64,000 nucleotides of DNA from Auanema rhodensis (Eukaryota; Animalia; Nematoda): positions 16,430,001 through 16,494,000 of the forward strand of contig OZ059897.1 in assembly GCA_964057225.1 (NCBI GenBank), in the 5' to 3' direction. Made by a program: the position numbers and the translations under genes. Each line of letters opens with the position of its first letter. Positions within the stretch are counted from its first letter, which is position 1. The notes under the pieces are model-generated. The model was not told where the DNA came from. It made no database searches and was given only the letters and a program-made list of their open reading frames with translations. This document shows, piece after piece, positions 26,069 to 39,100 of the stretch.

Positions 26069-29000
26069 AAGAGAGAGACAAAAGAGTTTTCAAATAGTTA
26101 TTCTCATAAGATTTTAATTATAATAACTATCACACGTTACTTTGTTAGTTTAACTATTTTTACTGATTTCAATATAAATATTTAATAATTTTCTATTATA
26201 TTAACTCTTTATTACATTTTTTAGGAAACTTTTTTCTTTTTTCACTTTTTTAAAAATATTTTATAATATTAAGGAATTATAAAGTAAGTCCTCATGTCAT
26301 ATTTTTGAAGCCAATTATCTTATTCAAAACCGTGAAATAGGTTCGATTGCTTTCCAGTTTTCAAAATCATATGTCTATAATAATTTGGATATAGACATAC
26401 AATATTCTATTATAATATTTTTAAAAGTTTATTTTTATTATTTGTTTTATTGTATCTTTTACTTTGCTTGGCCATTAAACTTTAATATATTTTATTTGAG
26501 TATTGATTCATACTATTTCAAATTTTATTTTCGTAAGTTATTTATTTTATTATATTTTTAACTATATTTATAGACATAAAGAAAATCAGAATATCATAAC
26601 TATTTATATAATTTAAAAAACAAAAACGAAATATTTCATTAGATAGAGTCATCATTTTTTAAAATGAAAAAATTATTTCAATTTAACTGCAATTATTGTT
26701 ATTATTATAAATAAAAAACAAAACAAAACAAAACAAAATATAATATTTCTTTTATAATTTATATATTTAATATAGTATTGACATAGATATTCATATATGT
26801 ACATATAAATGTATGAGAAAAGGACATATAGTAATAAAAGAAAGTTTATTATTTTGTACAAAATAATATATAAATCTCTTTATAAATACATATTATATTA
26901 TTTAAGTGATTATTTTTCAATATATTAAAATTGAAAATACTTTTTTTTCTTCTAAACAATATTATAAAGAAAAAATTGTGAAAAAAGTAATAAAATCATT
27001 CATCCCCTCCTTGTCTTCCAATCATACTGTAGTTTTTTCCTTTTAAATTTAAGAAAAAGAAAAAAAATGATGAATTGATGATTTTATTGAAATAAAGATT
27101 AAGCAGAGGAAGAAGAACATGATGATGATGATATGTATATTGAATGAACAACTAATTAGAATCATTAGCATTTATCTACTTATGGATATATCACTTATTT
27201 CTTTAATATTTTCTTAATTTGAGAAGGAAGTTACTAAATGAAGAATAAATAGAAATATAAAATATAATAATCAAAAGATATAACTCAAACATTCAGTTTT
27301 GAACCTGCAAAATTAATCGTTGACAACTTCATATCATTCAAAATTAACCGATTGAATTTAACATAAAACATTAAAAAAAACCAAATTAACTAAAAATGTA
27401 TGAAAAAAATTAATTTAAATGTATTATATATGTATATACATATGTAAATGATATCAAAGTCCCTGTTAAGCTTCCTAAATACAAGTTTGCATCAAGCTTA
27501 TATTATGAAGCATTTTATAATTCAAATGAAACCTCTAATGAATATATTGAGTCAACAAAAGAGAGATCTTTTTATTTCATTAATACCCATCATTCTCAAT
27601 TTAATTTTTATTTCAAGTATATACATTCACTGCCCACCCTTTACATCTTTAATTTTATACAGAAAAAAACCTTCATTTTAATTTCTCTTACCTAAACTCT
27701 TTAGAAAAAACTTTTCTTGACGCCTGAAAACGTTGAACAACATTTAGAATCTCATATTAAAAGAATGTTTTAATACCCAAAGATTATACATTCAACAGAT
27801 TTTCACGCCCTCTTCATCATTCAAATTCATGTTGGTCGGTATCTATGCTCATCAAGCTGCTTCCATCCGAAGATCAACTTGATTATTTACATTTATTTTC
27901 CTTTCTTTTTGATTTTACCATAACCTTTCTCTCTTTCTTTCTTATAATTTCCTTTATAGAATAAAGCTATGACATTCATCATCGCCATCATACGATGCTT
28001 CATGATTTCTCCCCTTTTCCTTTTTCATTAAAAATTCTATTCAAAATTTAAAATTATGATTTTCTCCAATGATTTCATTTCAATTATTTTTTGTTGAAAT
28101 TTTAAAAAATATTATTCAAAAATGATTTTTAAACAGAAGATTTAAGTTGCCAACCAGAATGATGCAGTGACCGGAATAGTTTGAAAAATTGTTCAAAAAT
28201 AGATCAAAATTCCTATTTTTAAGAGGTAATTTTGAACAATAATCTATGTTTTTGTGAAATTATTTCCGCTTTTTTCTAGGATATTGAGAATAAATATTCT
28301 TATTATATTTCAAGTTAATTCTAATTTGTAAAGTTTTTACCAAAATACTTTAATTCTTTAAAACCAAATATTTATGCCAACATTCACATCAATTTTTTTG
28401 TTATTTTACATACAAACTTTTTTTTTAAAAATAAGCTTGCTCCCCCTTCAAAACTTATTTTAGCGTAAACGTGAACATGCCAATTCGTTCATACAACTCT
28501 TAAACATTTTTCAATTCAGTTGATAATCTCTGTTTTTTCCCATAATTTACCTCAGAAAACTCTACATATTCAGAACATTTTTTCCTTTTTTTTTCATATT
28601 TTCCTTCCTTTTTTTTCATTCCTTAACTTTTTATAAATCCTACTCTTATTTCTATTTTCTCATGTTGACAACTGAGCTTGATTATGAACTGTTTCATTCT
28701 TCAAACTTTTCCGATAATGAAATTTTTTTTATGAATTTTATTTTTTATTTTTGAGATATTTGTATTCAATGGATAAGAATATTACCACTCTTTCTCTTTT
28801 TTTCGAAGATACATTTAGATAATTGTATAATGTTTGGAGGATAATAATAATAATAAGCAAGCATGGTTTTCATGAAAAATAAAAAACGACCTTATATTAA
28901 CATATTTATTCTCATCTGTCTAATTCTATTTTTATTTCTCCCTCTATCTTTCTCGTTTAATCTCTTCCTCTATTTTTTTATGAGTTTTCCACTCTTTATC

Positions 29001-30771
29001 TGCTGTTGTTTCTTCAGTTTCCCTCTCCTGGCTTTTTTCATTTATTTTTTTTTGAAATCAATTACTTTTCTGTTTATCTCTATACCTTCTTAATATTTCA
29101 ATGTTGTCTTGGTAACTGCTACATAATCTTAATCTCTCTTATATCTCTACAATCTATGACATCAATTTGTCTTGTCTAACTCTCTCTCTTGGTTTTTAAT
29201 GTTATTCCATGGTTGTACACCCCCTCAGATCCTTTGAACGTTTCCTTTTCTCTCCCTCTCTATCTTATATGGCGAATTCATACATCAGACATGCTTTGTA
29301 CGGAGCTCTCCCCACGCTCTTTTCCTCTCTTCTATTCGCTTGCTCTCCTCGTTTGTCTTTCACTCTTCTACAGCCACGCCTACATTCGATTACTGCCAGC
29401 GTCTAAAGCTGCCAGCTTTCTCTCTCCTTCCCCTCTCTATCTCTTTGTCTCCTAATATGGCATGTTGTCTCATGCATGTTTCCCCTTCCTCTTACCCATT
29501 TGCTTTCTGTCTGCCTCCCTCTCTCATTCGTTGCATCATTGGCCTATTGCTCTGAATGTCGAAGATGGAAGAAGCAACGACGAAAAGCGCCGATATTCTA
29601 CTTATTGGGCTTCATCTTGCTCACAATTCCTTTTTATGGTTTTGATATTCTCACTTTCTTTCTATTTCTTTTGCTGACTTTGACTGCAACCTATTCGATT
29701 TGTTTTTCTTTTTTACGTTTCTTGAAATTATTCTGAAAATTGGTAAAAATTTGATTGAAATTGAAATACTTAAACTTTAATTATATCGATAGCGCGAATT
29801 TATTTAAAAATAGAATTGCTGTAGATTGAAATATAATTTTCATATGTTTTCGGATTTAATAATATAACTATTCTTATTATTGTTATTTTAATAATTAACA
29901 TAATTTATTTATTAATAAAGTAATCCCATTAGTTTACTAATTGGGTATTTAAAAAACTTTTTTCTCAACTTACTTTTCTTAGAGCAATTCATTTTCTCTT
30001 CCTCATTTTTCTCATCCCTGTCTATCTTTTTTTTTCTCTCCTCTCTCTCTCTCATATTCTCTTCAATTATCGACTTCCAGCAGCTTTTGATGGTTCGTTC
30101 GTCATCGCCCATCTGTGAAATTCTGGCTTGTTTTCAGCATATTGAGCTAAAATGAAGGGAAAACTTTTTTAAAATTACTGCATTTGTAAGTGATATTTGA
30201 ATAAAAAAATGTCACTTTTTCCCATTTTTTCTTAACATATTGAATGTTCAGAAGATAAAACATTTGATTATTATCATGGTCTTTCTAAATCTTATTCTTT
30301 TTCGCTATATTTCCCATACAATTTACTCTTCAATTTATGCCTTGAATTTTGTATTATTATTGTTTAGAAACAAGTTTGAAATTAAAAAAAAACTTTTGAT
30401 AGAACAACATAGAATGAAAATTTTGTCTATCTTTCGTTTCACTCAAAAATGGAAATTGAGAAAAGCAAAATTGTTGTTTTTGCTCATTTTCTCAGAAAAT
30501 ATACAGAAGTTGAAAGAAAAGGAAAAAAGAAAGTAAGGTATAAAAAGTAAAAATGATTGTTAAATAGTAAAGAAAGAAAAGAAGAAAGGTAAAAAAAAAG
30601 AAATACATATGAATATAAAGACAACTATTTCATTTTTTCTATTTCTTTTTCATGTTCTTTTATTATTTCCCTTGTTTCTTTTTATTTTCTAGCACATTTT
30701 CTTTCGATTATCTGCACAATATTGGCGAATGAATATATGACTACATTGAGATATAAGTTGCAGCTCTCATG

Positions 30772-30785
30772 GTTACCATAGTAAC
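30772..30785. promoter_or_regulatory. RFX/DAF-19 X-box motif (GTTACC AT AGTAAC)
   Basis: Exact fit to the nematode X-box consensus GTHNYY-AT-RRNAAC. It overlaps a second near-match at 30763-30776. Confidence 0.55.
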
Positions 30786-33700
30786 TATCTACTCTTCTTC
30801 TCCTTCATTTTTCAACAATTTCATTGCAAACTAACTGACACTTTTTTCATATTTCATTACTTTTCTTGTCATGTATGCCTTACATCAACTAATATTTTTT
30901 CCTATTTTGTTTTTCTAATTAATGAAATATTTTTCAAATATAACTTCAATACTCTACAATATAATTTGATGTTTAAGACTATTTAAAACTTTGTTTTCCC
31001 TTTTTGTCATTTTATTAAATTTTTTTGGTCGGAGAAAATTATATAATCTGTATAGATATTTATATTATATTATCCAATATGATTCTATATTCTATATTCA
31101 ATTTTGAATATTTTATATTCAATATCTAATCTTTTCTCACTTTTATTCAAACTTTCTATTTTTATATTTCAATAATTATACATTTGAATTTTTAAATTTT
31201 GTTGCAAAAAATCAAGTTTATCATGGAATAGATGTTGCATAAAGGCAAGAAGCTGCTTCTTGCCTTCATTTATACGAATAATCATCTTCATTTTCTCTTT
31301 TTTTACTACTCGTAGCACATATATCATCATCGTTGTACTTGTGATGAAGTGCAATTTGGTGTACGAGGACTATGAAATTGAAAATTGTGAGCTTGGTCGT
31401 ATGACATGCATACATAGGTACAAGAGATGAAAAAGAATAAGAGAGCTAGACCCATAAAAGGGTAACGCATAGTAGAGAAAGGAAAAGAAAGTACCTTATC
31501 GCACTTTTTCCCTTTTCATTTTGCCTCATTCATTCTTTCTCTCTCTTTCATTCTCTCTCTCTTTCTTTCACTCATTTTATTTTGCTTTATCTTTCTCCTC
31601 TGTTGCTCTCTTATTACTCTCGTTTCATCGCAATATTTCTCAGTTTAGTCCAACTCGTATTCTCTTCATAATTCTTTTTTGTCTCCTCCTTTTTGACATA
31701 ACACTCCCTTAGGGCATGCAACACTGAATTTCTTCTTGTCTAACCTCTTTTTATTCCCTTTATACTAGATTTCTCTCTATTTTGACTCAACAAGACTAAG
31801 TCTCTCGAGACTACTACATTGTTTCTTCTCAGCTGGCTTTTCGCACCATCTGTGTTGCTTCTTGGCTTCATCCAAGTTACATATATTACATTTTTAAGGT
31901 TTTTGATGTATGTTATAGATATAGAGATATCCATATATACATATCTATATGTCATAATCATATACATAGTTACAGTAGCTATACGGTACGGTATATAATA
32001 AATCGAAATATATAATCGTTAGTTTTTATTCGAATATATATATCGACATGTAATTGTTAAAAACTTTAATTGGAAAAATCTATACAGATATATACATTCA
32101 TATACGATGGATCATCATTATATTCTTCTACTTTTTCCACATTTATACAGCTTCTTTTGCAAAATAAAACAAACATATCTTCACTATGAGACGAAGTTAG
32201 TTGCATCAAATTTCCATCTTAGGATGCTGCTATGTTATGTTTCATCTTTGTGTTCCAAATTAAAACAAAAACGTAGCTCTATTATATTTCTTTTGTCTGC
32301 TCTAATTAGTACCAAGTTCATCGTCAAACCAATATTTCTGACGCTGACATTTTCTTTCCAATGTTTCTCTCTTGTTTGAAAATTTATATTTTTGTTCTAA
32401 AGTGAAAGCACAGAAAACGATATTAAGGGACCAAGTGAAAGAGTGACAGAGAAAGAAAGAGAAAGAACTTTTTTCTTTATTATCTCTTCATATGTATTAT
32501 TCTTCTCTTCTAATTTGTTCCAAGCATTGGGATGAGATCCACTGATGAGCACTCAGTGCGTTCACAGCCGTTTCCTAATAAGGAAATAATGATTACGTAT
32601 GGATCATCTGGCACAAGAACAACGATAATTATCTTTTTAGCTTTGTATTTTCACATCTTGTATGAGCCTGTGTATGACAGAAGTTGCTGCTGATGAGCAC
32701 AGTAGATATAAGCTTGAACAGATTCCATGCTGTCGTTGTCACATTGATGACAACTGATCGCCGCTGGATGCTCGTCAGTGACACTCGTCGTCGACATGCA
32801 ATGAGCCATGTTCAAGTGTGATGAATTTTTTTTTAATTTTTCAAAACTATACTCTATTTGACAAAATCTCAGAATATAACACCCAAACATTGAAATAAAA
32901 GTATCCAATTGCTATCTAATTGCTTCGAAGAACTAGCCATTGTTAGTTAAGCTTCTCTTCTTCTCTTTTAGGCACACGCACACACTATGAGCAGCAGATT
33001 AGTCTTCTTTTCGTTTTGGTCGATGCCTCCAATTAGACGTCGATCTTCTGATTTCTAAGACATCGTCTAAATTAAATTATCATATCGAGTGAGCCTTTAC
33101 GCGTGTTTAGTATGTAGTAGACGATTATGAAAGAGCATCAGCCAACGATAAAGGGGTGAAAGAAGCGAATAAATAGAAATATTCATAGTATGGATTTGAA
33201 AGATATGGAAGATAGAAAAAGAAAAATGTCATTAATATCTTTTTCTCTTCCTATTTCTCTGTATAATCCTTTGGTCGATTTCATCTGTAATTTTTGGAAT
33301 GAGACAAAACATTCGTTCGAAGATGATATTGGTAACTATTCCGAATTTTGAGCTTGATCACTGAGATTATATGTATTTGATCAGCATTTCCATTAGGATA
33401 ATGATTCTAATGATGAAGATGAAGCCATTTAACAAATGTTTCAAAGGCTTCTTCTTATCTCTTCCTTGTTCATATAGTATAATTCTCATTTTTTAACTAA
33501 AGCTTATTTCCCTTGTTTTTGATTGTATAGTTTAATGGTCAATAAGATGTATTCAATGGCATAGAAGGCTTTAAAGCCTCTATAGCATTTCTAAGAATTT
33601 TTTTACGTTTTCCTTTCAAAATATTCAAGAGGTGAAGGAGGGTGTTCTTATAACAAAACAACTTAATTTTGTCTAAACAAGAAGTTTTCTTTTAACAAAC

Positions 33701-36143
33701 ATACTGAGCAAACTATTTGTGAAATACAAAAGAAACAGCAAATTTATACTTTTATTTTTTCATTTTTAGTGTTTCAACGTGTTATAAAAAAAATAAAGGA
33801 CAAAAAACATTTTTATAAATGCTTTAAATGTTATTCAAAAACAACAGATATATAATAGCTTTTATAAAAGTGGTAATATATATATTATATATAATATAAA
33901 ACATTTCCGCTTACTTACTTCATTTAAAGCTTATAACTATCTAAAATTTGGAATAAAATTTGCTCATCATTGGTCATTAAAGTCAGAGAGATAAAAGAAA
34001 CGAAGAGTAATGATAGATAAATGACTTGGCTAAGAGGAAGAGAAAATGGAATAAAAAGGAAAAGCAGGGAAAAATATGAGTGAGAGAAAGATGTCCTCTT
34101 TCAATAGTTCAATTCATAATCCAAAATGTAAAATTCATTCTAGTTTATTGATATTATAAATTATTATATATGCACATATTTTATTTTAAAAAACTGTTCC
34201 TCAAAATTGAACAAAAAATTTTTTTCTTATGAAGGCAATTAATTATATTAATATTAAAATATACATACATATAATATTTTTTTATATAAATAACATATAT
34301 TATATATGTTAATATATATTTTATTTTAATTTTTATAATAACTATTCGATATTTACCGTTCATTTTAATTTTTTGTGTTTTTTTTTTCAAAAAAAAAAGC
34401 AAAGCTTTTCTTGTCGATCAGAAAAATGGCTAGTTTGACAACGCTTTTGCTCATCATTCTCAAGGGAATATATCCATAAGTGGCCGGCTTGTGCTTCTTT
34501 TGATTCTTGCATAAACCTCAAGGATGTCATGAGACGTTCAAAAGCATATCGTTCCGATACTTACACAAAAATGGCAAGACAAGATGATAAAATTCTTAAG
34601 ATGATCAAGTGGATAGTATTGAAAATATAATTTTAAAAAGAGAGAAAAGAAGAAAAAGAGAGAAAGAAAAAAAAAGAAATAAAATGTATAATATCATAAT
34701 TATTGAGAAAACGAATATTGAAGATGACAAGAGTGAGAATATATAAGGTTTGCTGGAAGCTTCTCATATCAAATCTAACATTCCACATTCAAATATTAAG
34801 TACTCATTTACTTAAAATATACTTTGAAGTTCTTAATAAAAAAATTCTTTCGTTTATTCAAAATAATAATCAAAAAATTACTTTTTTTCATTTCAGAAAA
34901 AGAATTCAAAATTTTTTTAAAAAGAAACTGTTATTTCTCATGAAAAAGACACAATTTGTCCTAAGGGAATGATCAAGTCCAAGTTCTCTTAAGACCATAA
35001 TCTGGAAAATGGACTTTACTGATGTATCCATATAGTTATATGTGTATGTCCATATCCATGTGCCTACAAATAGTCATAAATGTGAGACAAAAAAAAAACT
35101 TTTTTCAACTTAAGTTTCAAAATTTCTCATCACATTTCCCTTAAAATTACAATTTTTTATTTGAAATAATCATAATATCTATAGATTATATGAAATTTAC
35201 ATGCATTAGTCTTCTTTTCTCTATTTTGTGAATTTTTAAAACACCAATGGCAAGAATAATCTTGTCTATCAACATATGATTTTCGTTTTGTTGCTTTGTA
35301 GCTTATTTTTGTTCTGGGATCCCGTAAGGTTCTATTATTATCACAAGATATTTGAACGAATACACACACAATTCGTCCCTGTGGTATGTATACTATATGA
35401 GAAAACCAAAAAAGAAATATTTACATATATATAGAGAAAGATTGCTGAAAAAAAGGAATGAACGATGTTCTTCTTCGTCTGTTCTCTTTAGTCATGCCGG
35501 CTAGCTTCACCAGAATCACAGTGATGAAAAGAAGTGAGAAAGAGATGAAGATAAGTGGAAGAACGACTTCTGCTTTTTCTGATTGTCAGCTTCTAGTATA
35601 AGATGAAAAAAAGGAATACTCTGCTTATCTCCCTAGATGTAAAAGTCTCTTTCTTCTTTATATTTCCCTCCGTCCAGTTGTTTTGCATATTTGAGTTTGG
35701 TTTTTTCTTATGCTTCCCATCATCCTCTCTTCTAGTTGCTCTCTTCCATCTAGTTTACTCTCACTTTTCCTTTTTCCTTCATTCTTCCCAACAAACTTTA
35801 TGGTCACTGAAAATTACTGCTCCAATTCAAATTTTTTGCTTTTTCTTTTAAAGTATTTCAACATTTAATTAAATTATCATACAATGTTTCCTATAACTAT
35901 ATTATTAAGTTTCAATTCATTTATTGCGAATCTGTAAATTTTTCAAAAAGTCAAATGTGTTTTCTTTCCGATTATTATATTATGAAAAACTAATTTATAT
36001 ATATTTTTTATTCTGTGTTGTTTTCTCTTTTTTTTATTATTTAATTATTTGTGAAGGAAATATTATAAGAAATGTTTCAGATCCATATGGATATATGATA
36101 CTATCAACTACATTCACTGTCAACTATCGTTTTACCTTCATTA

Positions 36144-36175
<32 letters not shown>

Positions 36176-39100
36176 CTATATGTGGTATATTATATATAAC
36201 ATATGTTTATTAATTATTACATTTTCTACTTTTTTTTTATTTTTAACTAAACTTATTTTACCAAAAGAAAAGGTAATTATATACATAGTTGAAGTATTGA
36301 AATCTTTTTTCTTTTTCTTTCAAACGACTTTTTTCTTTATTTCTCAACCTTTTTCCGGAAACCATTCAAGCATGTTGTAGCTTGACTACTCCGAAATTCT
36401 TTTTCAACTTCTGTATCTCAATGTGTGATATTCCCAAAGTTTCAGGGAGTGTAGTTGTGGTTTCATTTGAAAACATAATAACTACGGCTTTCAATATTAT
36501 TTCATCGATGTGGTCTTTCCTCCTCATCTTCTAATACATTTCATCTCTATAATATACTCTCTTTGCTTCCTGTTCTCCTTTTTCTATTTCTCTAATTCTC
36601 TCTTTTTTCTCCTTGCCTGTCTATTTCTCTCTCTATCCGATGTAGTCTACTTTCATCTTGCTCTCATATTCCCTTTTTTCCTGATTCCTTTCAATCCGTT
36701 TTGCTCCTACTTAACCATATATGTACGTATAAGGTTTTACATATTGATTTGCCCAGGTGAGCGCCAGCTCGATGATGTTGGCCGGACAGCATCACACAGC
36801 TAAAGGACCTAAATACTTATATATTTGTGCTCATTTCTAATACATATCTACAATTCTTCTCCTTCCTTTGCTGAATATCTTCTAATTTTACCTTTAATCC
36901 TTCTTTCTATTTTTTTATTTAACTGCGCCTTGTACTAGCTTTCATATACTCATTTTCTCTTTTCACTCATTTTCACACTTTTACTCTTATACTCTTCGAT
37001 ATTCTACAACTGGATCAAGCCTTCTTGTGCAGAATAGCTCTCATATGGCAATTTCAAAGCTTCTCCTCGATTTCATTTTGACTACTAGTAGAGCTAGTCA
37101 AAGTCGCGTGACAATTGTCTTTTGTCTGTGACGTTTGACTACTTCAATTCTACACACATATCTTCTCATCTTCATCATTCATTTTATTCGTTTTTCACTT
37201 GAATATATTCATATTATATTTGTTTTTTACTGAATTTTAACTAATAGTTTACTTGAACTCAAATATGAAGAGAAAGTTGAAACAGACGTCCCAATATCCA
37301 AAGCTCACGCACGACATATAAGCTGTGCTTTAGATTGTTTTTTCCCGTTTTTTTTAAATCTCTCGATCGACAAACTAATTTAAAGCCGGACTAATGTTCT
37401 CATACCAACATCTTTAATCATTCCATTGGTTTAACGTTTGCTCTATTTCCTACGATGACGTCCAATGTAATGCTCAGTCCATTTCTCGTTGACGTCTTCA
37501 ATGCCTATTAGTAATGATCACGACGTAGGCAACAACGAAAATGAAGGCAATGATGATACCAAGTGATAGAATGCTATTTCCATTTATTTCGTTTCAGCTG
37601 TTTCGAAACATAAACCTAGTTTTGGTCATAGCAACAGCCTCACGACATCTGAAGCTGTTAGAACGAGACTCATTCTGATCGAGCTGTGTAAGTAATGTGC
37701 TGAAAAGTAAGACATAGATGAGTATAAGCTACAAATTTGCTTCTGTTTTCGACATATACTTTGGCGAAAACACGTTGCTTTCAAAGAAAAAGCTTAATAA
37801 TAATTCTTTTTGAAAAAAAGATAACGATGCACAGTTTTTGTCTTTATTCAGTTTTTCATTCTGTTTCTAAATTCAATTCTTTCATGTTTCACTGTACTCG
37901 AAATACTCATTGTAGTAGTTCGCTCACATTTCTTTATTCACTCTCATTTCCTTTTACTCTTTTTTTTTAATTTTTTTCATTTATAGAGAACCGCTAATTA
38001 GAAAAAAATTGACAACTTCAAAGCTTTAATTAATTGAAATTTGATTAAATCGTTTTTTCAATTGTTCAGTACATAAAATCTGTTTGCCAAAGAAAACATG
38101 TGAGAAAGAGGTAGACGACATAATAGCTTGAAAGTTGAATGCTCGACTGCATATTCACATACATACAACCATGTAGTTTTCTGGTTAAAAGAAGAAAAAA
38201 GCAAAAGTATTCAGCGGAAATTGAAAAATTTCGTTTTTGAATTGGCAAATGTAAACTTTCCGGTTATTTCTTTTTTTCAATTTTTAAACCATGATTTCAA
38301 CTTTTTTTTGCTTTCTTACAACATGTTCTTATTTTGTCTAATATGTTTCCTCTCACTCATGTTATTAGAATTTCAGCTAACAACTCCATGAGAATTATGA
38401 AAAACACAAAACATAAAAGAAAGAATAGCATCTATACCTGGCCATAATCCTTTCCAAAATATTGGATATTTGAGATGAAAAAAACAAATCATTACCAAAT
38501 ATCAGAAGCCTAGCACGCACCTGATTTATCATGTTTCATTTGCTGAGAATGAAAACATTTTTTATTCTTTCAGTTTTAGCTAAGCTTTATTTCTCCAGTT
38601 TTATACACGAATTGCTCTGATGCTCGTGCGATTGTTTTCGAAGAAGCATTTGATAGACTATTCATGTTGTTGATGCTCATCAACAAGATAGCAATTATTG
38701 GTAATTTGCTATCTTTCGCGCCTTCTCTCGTACCTCTTTTTCTCGTTTTTTTTTCTTTGTTGTTTTTTTTTTCTGTTTGCAGATGAATAGAATTTATAAG
38801 TGATCTAACTATAATTGAATGGATAATTACCAATTATGTCATCGTTTCCTTCTTACATTTTGTTTTTCAACTTTTCAACAAAAAAAAAAGACAAATTTTG
38901 AGATAGTTTAGCAAAATTTTTGCATTTTTCATCCCGAAACTTACGATCTTTTTTGAACAGAATCAAGCTCTGTGGTGCCAGAATTTTCATTTAGCAATTA
39001 GCACGCACATCACATGCCATTTGGTCTCAATACAGATCGATGGGTCAGGCTTTATGTGAGGTCAGCCAAATGTTTCCCAAGTAACATAGTATTTATGGTT

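Noticed and set aside
27767-27786. GTTTTAATACCCAAAG resembling a spliced-leader sequence
   Set aside because: Only a partial match, with no following donor GT, stem-loops or Sm site.
32532-32608. Hammerhead-ribozyme-like arrangement: GATCCA-CTGATGA-GCAC/GTGC stem ... TGGATC
   Set aside because: The obligatory GAAA after stem II is absent (GTTC instead), and the junction spacing does not fit the catalytic core.
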